A DNA stretch of 43,795 nucleotides, from assembly GCA_964626385.1 (NCBI GenBank), contig CAZVEO010000001.1, forward strand, positions 4,658 to 48,452. Direction: 5' to 3'. The notes under the pieces were generated by a model. The model was not told the origin of the DNA. It saw only the letters and a program-made list of their open reading frames with translations, and made no database searches. The DNA is from an uncultured Bacteroidaceae bacterium (GTDB lineage Bacteria > Bacteroidota > Bacteroidia > Bacteroidales > P3). Below, one piece after another: positions 36,355 through 43,795 of the stretch. The stretch's first letter is position 1; each line of letters starts with the position of its first letter. The position numbers were made by a program, and so were the translations under genes.

Positions 36355-39300
36355 ATGAGAAGAGTTTATTTTTTGTTAATACTTTTAATTATGAGTATTA
36401 GTGGATGGTCGCAGAGTACAGAAGTGACCATAGGAAATGGTGGTAGTACAAGTTTGTATGTACCAACGGGATTGTTTTACAAAAACAGTGCCTCACAAAT
36501 TATTTACCTACAAAGTGAGATAAATACTTCTGGCTATATTGCAGCAATAAGTTTTAAAAACAACTATTCCTCTTCTGATACAAATATTAGAAATATCAGA
36601 GTCTATATGGCTACAACACAACAGAGTGAGTTTGCTACAACTTCTTCGTATCTGTCTTTGGATAGCACTAATTTAGTGTATGAGGGTGCTTGGGTTATAA
36701 CTTATGGGCAGTGGTCGGAAATAGTTCTTGATAATCCTTTTTACTATGATAATACAAGTAATTTGGTTATAGGAATTGAGGACTTTACAGGCTGGTATCC
36801 CGGCAATAATAGATATTGGGAAACTTCCTCAGGTACCAATAGATGTTTGTACAAAAGCTATGACTCAAGCCCTGTTAATATAACTTTTGATGGTTATACA
36901 CCTTCTAAGGCTAATAATTTTCCTAATGTAAAAATGACTTTGGTGCAAAATATATCAGACTATTGTTATGCTCCTCGTAATATAAGACTTGTAGATACAA
37001 CCACTTCTTCTGCTACTATTACTTGGGCTAGTGATGATAATGCTTCTTCGTTTTATTATCAACTAAAACCTTCTACGGATTCTTGGGATGAAAATGGATA
37101 TATAAGTACTACGGATACAATTGTTGTTTTTAGTGATTTGCAAGCGGCAACAACATACGATTTTAGAATATACACTGATTGTGGAATTTCTTCGCAATCT
37201 ACTACAAAAACAATTTCTTTTTCCACCGCTTGTGCTTTGATAGACTCTGTTCCTTATACTTGGAACTTTGAAGCCAACAACACAGGAGGTACAACCACTT
37301 ATCCTTTACCTGCTTGTTGGGACAGAGTGGGTTCTTACCCTTATTCTTATACCTCTACAACTCATGCTGTTAGTGGTAGTAAGGTATTGTATTTTTTTGC
37401 AAATAATAGGTATGGTATACTTCCACAAATAGATACAGATAATTTGCCAATAAACACTTTGCAAATTTCTTTTTATGCAAAAAAGGGTACTGCTACGGGT
37501 AATAATATTCAAGTGGGTGTTATGACAAATATTGCAGATACTTCTACTTTTGTACCTGTTGCAACTTTGGATTTAACCACAAACTATAGGTATTATGACG
37601 TGTCTTTGGAAGAGTATAGTGGAGACGGACAATTTATTGCTATAAAAACATATGGAACAAGTTCATCAGGATACACATATGTAGATGATGTAACCTTAAC
37701 GCTTGCTCCAGATTGCTCGCGTCCTACAGAGGTTAGTATAATGCCTTCTGCTTATGAATTTAGTGCAACGTGGAAATCTACAGCAACTAACTTCGAAATC
37801 TATTACAAGCAAAGTTCAGATGCAACTTATCAAGTAACACATAATTATTCAGAAAATCAACAAGATTCAACATGGAGTGTAACTATTTCGGATGAAATTA
37901 CTCCTAATACCAATTATGATTTTTATATAAAGGCTATTTGTAATGATGGTACTGAGTTGCTTTCGCAAACTTTTAGTTTTACTACATCATGTGTTGCTTT
38001 GGATGTTCCTTATACAATGGACTTTGAAAGCGTAGCTGTTGGAGAGCGTCCTTCATGTTGGTCATTTCTCAATAGCACCTCAACAGGTTTTCCTTACGTA
38101 TCATCGTCTTCTTACAGAGGACATAATTCCGCTAAGGGTTTGGAATTTCGTTCTACATCATCGGTCTCTACGGCTTCTATTGCTATAATGCCAGAATTTA
38201 CAGAGAATATAACCAATCTTTCTGTTGAATTTTGGTCAAAACCCGAATCAAATCCTGCAACTAATAGTTACTCTTCTGGTCGTTTGGAAGTGGGTTATGT
38301 AACCAATCCTTTGGATGCAAGCAGTTTTGTAATGTTAGATTCCATTAGTGTCTATACACTTGAAGACAGTACTTACCACAAATACAGAGTTAATTTTGAT
38401 AACATAGATTTGGGTGATGCCACTACAGGATATATTGCTTTTAGGCACGTATCTAATGGTAATTATTATTGGTATTTGGATGATGTAACAGTAGAGTTAG
38501 TGCCTGATTGCCAAGAGCCCGATCATTTAAATGTAGAGAGTTTTGCTGCTAATAGCGTAGAACTTTCTTGGCAATCAACACAAGAAACTTTAAATCTTTT
38601 ATACAAAGACACCTCATCTGTAGATTGGATAACAATAGAAAACGTATCTTTAAATGAGGACAGTGTGTACGTTTTACAAAACCTATCTCCTAATACAACA
38701 TATCAATGGAAGTTGAGTTTTGTTTGTGCTTCCGATGATGAGACTTATACATCGGAAACAAAACAATTTACAACAGAATGTGTGGGAATAACCACTTTGC
38801 CAATGACTTGGGATTTTGAATCGGGCAATACAGCAGGAACTACATCTAATCCTTTACCTGGATGTTGGAAAAGAATAGGTACAACTTACCCTAGGGTTTA
38901 TTCTTCTTCAACCTATGCACATCAAGGCTCTTATTCTTTGTATTTTAGTGGAAATAGTAAATATGCTATACTTCAACCTATAGATACAACAGTATTGCCA
39001 ATAAATACTCTACAACTTTCATTCTATGCATCACGCAATTCTTATGCTAACAATATTCAAGTAGGTGTTATGACAGACCCTACAGATACAAACACATTTG
39101 TAATTGTAGATACATTTAACATAACTACTTTATATAAACTTTATCAGGTAAGTTTTGCTCTATATCAAGGAACGGGTGAGTATATTGCTTTAAGGTCATA
39201 CGGTAGTAGTAGTGCCTCTATTTATGTTGACGATATGACTTTGGACGTTATTCCTTCTTGTTCTGAGCCAATGAATTTGGATGTAACAGTATCTTCCAAC

Positions 39301-42300
39301 AGTGTAGATGTTACATGGACATCAACAGGTAATGATTTTATTATTTACTATAAAGAAAATGGTGCTTCAGATTATCAGACAACAACAAGTTTTACTGCCT
39401 TAGAGCAAAGTGGCAGTTGGACTGCTACTATTTCCGACCTTACTTCTGCAACTAATTATAACCTATACATTGAGGCTCTTTGTAGTGAAGAGAATATAAG
39501 TTCGGAGACCGTTGTCTTTATGACTTCCTGCATGGCTATTAGTACAGTTCCTAAAACATGGGATTTTGAAACAGCCGATAATAGTTTAGAAACATATCCT
39601 ATGCCTCTTTGCTGGACAAGAATAGGTAACTCTACTACCTATCCTTATTCATTTAGTTATTCTTCAGCTTATTCTGGTTCTCGTGTTTTGTATTTCTCAG
39701 GTACAGACGGAAGATATGCTGTGCTTCCACAAATAGATACTAATGCATTATCATTAAACACATTGCAACTTTCTTTCTATGCAAAGAAGAGCTCTGATGT
39801 TTATAATACAAAAATTCAAGTGGGAATTATGAGTAGCCCTATAGATACTAATAATATAACCCTTGTTTCTTCTATTGATTTGACTACAGATTGGCTTCGA
39901 TATGAAATACCATTCTCTTCATTCTCGGGTTATGGTCAATACATTGTTTTAGAAGAAATATCTGCTTTTTCTGCCTCTGCATACGTAGACCTTATGACCT
40001 TGGAGGCTATTCCTTCTTGTTCTCGTCCAAATGAATTAATGGCTACAAATGTTTTGGAAAATCAAGCAACTATTACTTGGATATCAACAGGAAACAACTT
40101 TGAGGTTTATTATAAACAAAGTTATGATTCTGTTTATACAATGACAACCGATTTTACCTCTTCTACAGAGGATAATAATTGGCAAATAACTCTTAACAAC
40201 TTACAATCTTCTACTAATTATGATATATATGTAAAAGTTATTTGTGAAGACAATTATGAGGATTTCTCCAATGTCTTAACCTTTGCCTCTTCTTGTGCTG
40301 TGATAACCACGGTACCTCAAGATTGGGACTTTGAAACATATGGAAACAACAAAACCATATCATATTCATTACCTCTTTGCTGGACAAGAACAGGACTAAC
40401 TCCTACAACCTATCCTTACTCTTATACTACTGCAGCCAATGCTGTTAGTGGTAGTGGAGTTTTGTATTTTTATGGAAAAAATAAATATGCGGTGCTTCCA
40501 CAGATAGATACCAATATATTACCAATAAACACACTACAACTTTCCTTCTATGCAAAAACAACTTCAACAACCTTTAATGCTTTGCAAGTTGGCGTTATGA
40601 CTGACCCTATGGATACTAATACATTTACACTTATTTCTTCCATACAAATAAACAATAATACTCAAATCACATATGATATTCCTCTTGCCTCATACACAGG
40701 AATAGGAGAATACATTGCTATAAGGTCATATGGTAGTAATACTTCTGCAACTATTTATTTGGATGATTTGCACTTAAGTATTATTCCTACATGTACTCGT
40801 CCGACAAATATAACTGCAACAACCACCGAGCAGCAAGCAACGATTACTTGGAAATCTACAAGCAATAATTTTGAAATCTATTACAAAAAGTGTGAGGATG
40901 AGACTTATACAATGATAACTAACTTCTCTGCAGGTGTATTAGACAGCACTTGGACAACTACTATAACTGACCTTAACCCTGCAACAAACTATGATTTATA
41001 TATTAAGACAACTTGTAGTGATAATACAGAGTTTGAGTCAAATATGTTCTCATTTTCTACCTCTTGTGTGGCAATAAGTACTGTTCCTCAAACTTGGGAT
41101 TTTGAAGCCTGCGGTAATACTATAGAAACTTATCCTTTGCCACTTGGGTGGACAAGAACAGGCTCATCATCTACACAATACCCATACTCCTACACTTCCT
41201 CTTCTTATGCTACTAGTGGAACGAAGACTTTGTATTTTTATGGAAGGAAACAATATGCGGTGCTTCCTCAAATAGATACAAATCAATTACCATTGAACAC
41301 TTTACAACTTTCCTTCTATGGCAAAAGAGGTACCACCGCAGGTAATACCATACAAGTAGGAATTATGACAAATCCTACAGATACCAATACTTTTACACTT
41401 ATATCCAACTTAACATTAACGACTACTCATTTTTATTATGAAGTACCTTTAACCTCTTATGCGGGAACTGGTGGATATATAGCCATTAGGTATTATGGTA
41501 GTAGTACTTCTGCGACTGCGTATTTGGATGATGTAACTTTGGAAATTGCTCCTGCTTGTACTCGTCCTGCAATACTAACAGTAACACCTTCTACTGAAGA
41601 AGTTACTCTTACTTGGAAGTCTTCAGCAGATAATTTTGAAATTTATTATAAGGAAGCGTCTGATTCTATTTACGAAAACACTTCGGATTTTACTGCTACA
41701 ACACAAGATAGTATTTGGACATCAAATCTTTTTGGTCTTACCCCTGCTACTAAATATGATATCTATGTAAAGGCTATATGCGATGATAATTCGGAAGTAA
41801 ATTCATTTGTTTCCTCATTCCGTACTCTATGTTTGGAGGTTTCAGAATTTCCTTATACAGAGGATTTTGAACAATTGTCAGAAACAGATTTGGGATGCTG
41901 GACAAATGAAAATATTTCTGGTTCTACTTCTTGGACAATAAAAACTTCCTCTGTGGGTAAAGTTGCCTATAGAAGTTATACCACTGGTGCAAAATCCCGT
42001 TTGATTTCTCCTATTTTTGATATTACTTCATTATCTCAGCCTAAACTTTCTTATAATTGGGAAGTATGTAGTAGTGGTAACAATTTGGATTCCTTGTATG
42101 TTTATTATAGAACAAATGTTGGAAATGAATGGGTGCTTTTGACTTCACATGGTTCAAGTTATAGTGGAAACAATACCTCTTACACTGCTTCACAATTTGA
42201 TAGTATAATGCTTCCAGATGCAAGCGAAACTTATCAAATAGCTTTTCTTGCTGTTGGTCATAATGGTTATGGAGTATATTTGGATAATGTAGTTGTTAGC

Positions 42301-43371
42301 GATGATGATGGTAGTGTTGTTACTCCTGTTGAGCCTACGGTTGCGACAAATGTTGCTACGAATATTGCACAGACTTCAGTTACTCTTAACGGAACAATAA
42401 CCGATGCAGGCAACCAAACAATTACTGCCAAAGGTTTTGAGTGGAAAGCAACCAACGGAGGCACATACGCTCAACTACTTTCCTCTGATGCAGGCAATAC
42501 TTTTACCTATAATCTTACTAACTTGACGGCAAATACTTCATACACATACAGAGCCTTTGCCACCACAGCCAATGGTACTGTTTATGGAGCAGAAGTAGTA
42601 TTTACTACATTAGAAGCAGGCGAAGAACCTTGCACACCTGTTACAGCAAGTATTACTGAGACTTTGTGTTATGGAGAAACATTCACGTTTAACGGACAGA
42701 CCTATAACGCTACTGGTACATACCAAACGACCGTTGCAGGACAAAACGGAGATTGTGACACCAACTACACAATTAACCTAACTATCTTGCCTCAAAATAC
42801 AGCAAGTATTACTGAGACTTTGTGTAATGGTGAGACATTCACATTTAACGGACAGACCTATAACGCTACTGGTACATACCAAACGACCGTTGCAGGACAA
42901 AACGGAGATTGTGATACCAACTACACAATTAATCTTACCATTTTGCCACAAAATGCTCCAATAAACGATGAGGTTACAATTTCTCAAAGTGAGTTACCTT
43001 ATGAGTATCACGGACAAACATATAATGACTTTGGTACTTATAGCGTAACCTTGCAAGATGAGAATGGTTGCGACCAAGTTTATAACCTTACTCTTGTACA
43101 TAATTCAGGTATTGCAGAAGTTGAGGAAGAATTGACTATTAGTTTATATCCGAACCCAACTGATAACAATGCTACATTAAGAGTTAAAGGCTTAAATGAG
43201 CAAGCGACAATAATAATCACCGACCAACAAGGAAGAGTGATACAGACAAAAGTTTTGCCACAAGGCACAGAGACTTTTGAGATAGAGAGCGAAAGACTTG
43301 CGAGCGGAGTTTATTATATAAGAATACAAACCACTAACACAATAAGAACCGAAAAACTTATTAAAAAATAG
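36355..43371 (+). CDS. Giant modular T9SS-secreted surface protein (MAM/choice-of-anchor-J-like plus FN3-like modules, Cys-rich repeats, T9SS sorting domain)
   Basis: 2338 aa with signal peptide MRRVYFLLILLIMSISGWSQ. Six ~255-aa modules (TWDFE...CW.R.G...YAVLPQIDTN.LP.NTLQLSFYAK...YLDDVTL..P.C.RP then ...TW.ST.NNFEIYYK...TNYD.YIK..C). C-terminal LYPNPTDNNATLRV...GVYYIRIQT sorting domain. Confidence 0.85.
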   Translation: MRRVYFLLILLIMSISGWSQSTEVTIGNGGSTSLYVPTGLFYKNSASQIIYLQSEINTSGYIAAISFKNNYSSSDTNIRNIRVYMATTQQSEFATTSSYLSLDSTNLVYEGAWVITYGQWSEIVLDNPFYYDNTSNLVIGIEDFTGWYPGNNRYWETSSGTNRCLYKSYDSSPVNITFDGYTPSKANNFPNVKMTLVQNISDYCYAPRNIRLVDTTTSSATITWASDDNASSFYYQLKPSTDSWDENGYISTTDTIVVFSDLQAATTYDFRIYTDCGISSQSTTKTISFSTACALIDSVPYTWNFEANNTGGTTTYPLPACWDRVGSYPYSYTSTTHAVSGSKVLYFFANNRYGILPQIDTDNLPINTLQISFYAKKGTATGNNIQVGVMTNIADTSTFVPVATLDLTTNYRYYDVSLEEYSGDGQFIAIKTYGTSSSGYTYVDDVTLTLAPDCSRPTEVSIMPSAYEFSATWKSTATNFEIYYKQSSDATYQVTHNYSENQQDSTWSVTISDEITPNTNYDFYIKAICNDGTELLSQTFSFTTSCVALDVPYTMDFESVAVGERPSCWSFLNSTSTGFPYVSSSSYRGHNSAKGLEFRSTSSVSTASIAIMPEFTENITNLSVEFWSKPESNPATNSYSSGRLEVGYVTNPLDASSFVMLDSISVYTLEDSTYHKYRVNFDNIDLGDATTGYIAFRHVSNGNYYWYLDDVTVELVPDCQEPDHLNVESFAANSVELSWQSTQETLNLLYKDTSSVDWITIENVSLNEDSVYVLQNLSPNTTYQWKLSFVCASDDETYTSETKQFTTECVGITTLPMTWDFESGNTAGTTSNPLPGCWKRIGTTYPRVYSSSTYAHQGSYSLYFSGNSKYAILQPIDTTVLPINTLQLSFYASRNSYANNIQVGVMTDPTDTNTFVIVDTFNITTLYKLYQVSFALYQGTGEYIALRSYGSSSASIYVDDMTLDVIPSCSEPMNLDVTVSSNSVDVTWTSTGNDFIIYYKENGASDYQTTTSFTALEQSGSWTATISDLTSATNYNLYIEALCSEENISSETVVFMTSCMAISTVPKTWDFETADNSLETYPMPLCWTRIGNSTTYPYSFSYSSAYSGSRVLYFSGTDGRYAVLPQIDTNALSLNTLQLSFYAKKSSDVYNTKIQVGIMSSPIDTNNITLVSSIDLTTDWLRYEIPFSSFSGYGQYIVLEEISAFSASAYVDLMTLEAIPSCSRPNELMATNVLENQATITWISTGNNFEVYYKQSYDSVYTMTTDFTSSTEDNNWQITLNNLQSSTNYDIYVKVICEDNYEDFSNVLTFASSCAVITTVPQDWDFETYGNNKTISYSLPLCWTRTGLTPTTYPYSYTTAANAVSGSGVLYFYGKNKYAVLPQIDTNILPINTLQLSFYAKTTSTTFNALQVGVMTDPMDTNTFTLISSIQINNNTQITYDIPLASYTGIGEYIAIRSYGSNTSATIYLDDLHLSIIPTCTRPTNITATTTEQQATITWKSTSNNFEIYYKKCEDETYTMITNFSAGVLDSTWTTTITDLNPATNYDLYIKTTCSDNTEFESNMFSFSTSCVAISTVPQTWDFEACGNTIETYPLPLGWTRTGSSSTQYPYSYTSSSYATSGTKTLYFYGRKQYAVLPQIDTNQLPLNTLQLSFYGKRGTTAGNTIQVGIMTNPTDTNTFTLISNLTLTTTHFYYEVPLTSYAGTGGYIAIRYYGSSTSATAYLDDVTLEIAPACTRPAILTVTPSTEEVTLTWKSSADNFEIYYKEASDSIYENTSDFTATTQDSIWTSNLFGLTPATKYDIYVKAICDDNSEVNSFVSSFRTLCLEVSEFPYTEDFEQLSETDLGCWTNENISGSTSWTIKTSSVGKVAYRSYTTGAKSRLISPIFDITSLSQPKLSYNWEVCSSGNNLDSLYVYYRTNVGNEWVLLTSHGSSYSGNNTSYTASQFDSIMLPDASETYQIAFLAVGHNGYGVYLDNVVVSDDDGSVVTPVEPTVATNVATNIAQTSVTLNGTITDAGNQTITAKGFEWKATNGGTYAQLLSSDAGNTFTYNLTNLTANTSYTYRAFATTANGTVYGAEVVFTTLEAGEEPCTPVTASITETLCYGETFTFNGQTYNATGTYQTTVAGQNGDCDTNYTINLTILPQNTASITETLCNGETFTFNGQTYNATGTYQTTVAGQNGDCDTNYTINLTILPQNAPINDEVTISQSELPYEYHGQTYNDFGTYSVTLQDENGCDQVYNLTLVHNSGIAEVEEELTISLYPNPTDNNATLRVKGLNEQATIIITDQQGRVIQTKVLPQGTETFEIESERLASGVYYIRIQTTNTIRTEKLIKK
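42646..42957 (+). repeat. Two near-identical 156-nt (52-aa) tandem repeats inside the giant gene, followed by a diverged third copy to ~43113
   Basis: ASITETLC(Y/N)GETFTFNGQTYNATGTYQTTVAGQNGDCDTNYTINLTILPQN occurs twice. The DNA copies differ at roughly a dozen positions. Confidence 0.9.
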
Positions 43372-43740
43372 CACCCATAGGGTGTCTTATAAGGGCATAG
43401 CCGTTATAATAGTATAGTTAACGGCTTTGCCCTTTTTGAACAGCCTCAGGCTGCACCCACAGGGTGTTTTATAAGGGCACAGGCATAGCCTGTTTTATAA
43501 GGGCATAGCCGTTATATAAAATCAAGGGACACTTTTCTAAGAAAGGTGGCCCTTTTCTTTTTTATGGATTTTGGTAGGTTATTATGAGTTAGCATAAGTT
43601 GTAATGAATTATGATAAGGGCAAAGCACCCACAAGGTGTTTTATAAGACGCTTAAGCCTATGTGTTTCTTTTAACGGCTTTGCCATATAAAACAGGTTAA
43701 GCCTGCATGCTGTGGCTACAAAAAAAGTTGGCGGGCTTTG
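43372..43740. repeat. Densest array of the palindromic-word family, downstream of the giant gene
   Basis: cacccatagggtgtcttataagggcatagcc, cagcctcaggctg, cacccacagggtgttttataagggcacaggcatagcctgttttataagggcatagcc, cacccacaaggtgttttataagacgcttaagc and aacggctttgccatataaaacagg. Confidence 0.8.
43393..43437 (+). terminator. Intrinsic terminator after the giant gene, built from family words
   Basis: Stem gggcatagccgtta / taacggctttgccc (13 of 14 pairs) followed by TTTTT. Confidence 0.65.
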
Positions 43741-43795
43741 GGGAAGCCTGCCAACTTGGTTAAAAGTGCGTTTATAGAGAAATTATTAAACGCTA

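Noticed and set aside
36201-36401. 66-aa ORF overlapping the start of the giant gene
   Set aside because: It is K-rich and low-complexity, covers the promoter box and overlaps the well-supported 2338-aa ORF start. It is most likely spurious.
1-43795. Search by eye for tRNA, rRNA, tmRNA, riboswitch leaders, integrases, transposases or prophage genes
   Set aside because: I recognised none in any intergenic region or ORF. This negative is limited by manual inspection and should be confirmed with tRNAscan, Infernal and HMM searches.

Overview
AT-rich chromosomal segment of Bacteroidota type, judged from repeated exact TAnnTTTG promoter boxes and two proteins with T9SS C-terminal sorting domains. 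All product calls rest on motifs read by eye; no searches were run. Positions 1-9.5 kb hold housekeeping genes: a beta-CASP MBL hydrolase, a CxxC thioredoxin-fold protein, aroQ, ffh, folD, dxr, a ComEA-like protein, a GT2 glycosyltransferase and aspA. Positions 10.6-22.3 kb hold anaerobic central metabolism (citDEF, korAB, a fused NfnAB/GltD-like oxidoreductase) plus an FKBP isomerase, two secreted proteins and a GyrI-like protein. Positions 22.5-26.3 kb look accessory. They carry a small membrane protein and a BcgI-like (Type IIB) restriction-modification pair. Its specificity gene is split by a G12 tract and has no ATG start. A perfect -1 slippery heptamer (A_AAT_TTT) sits directly before the stop of the upstream nuclease-methylase gene and leads into the specificity frame. 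The rest of the window carries a TonB-dependent receptor, an S9 peptidase, coaD, an outer-membrane beta-barrel protein, mpl, a MATE exporter and a 2338-aa modular T9SS cargo protein. The non-coding DNA is unusual in two ways. A ~445-bp element occurs twice (9801-10249 and 34236-34679) with its own perfectly conserved promoter and a three-armed hairpin. A family of short GC-rich palindromic words is shuffled into mosaics at six or more intergenic loci. I saw no rRNA, tRNA, CRISPR array, transposase or integrase.
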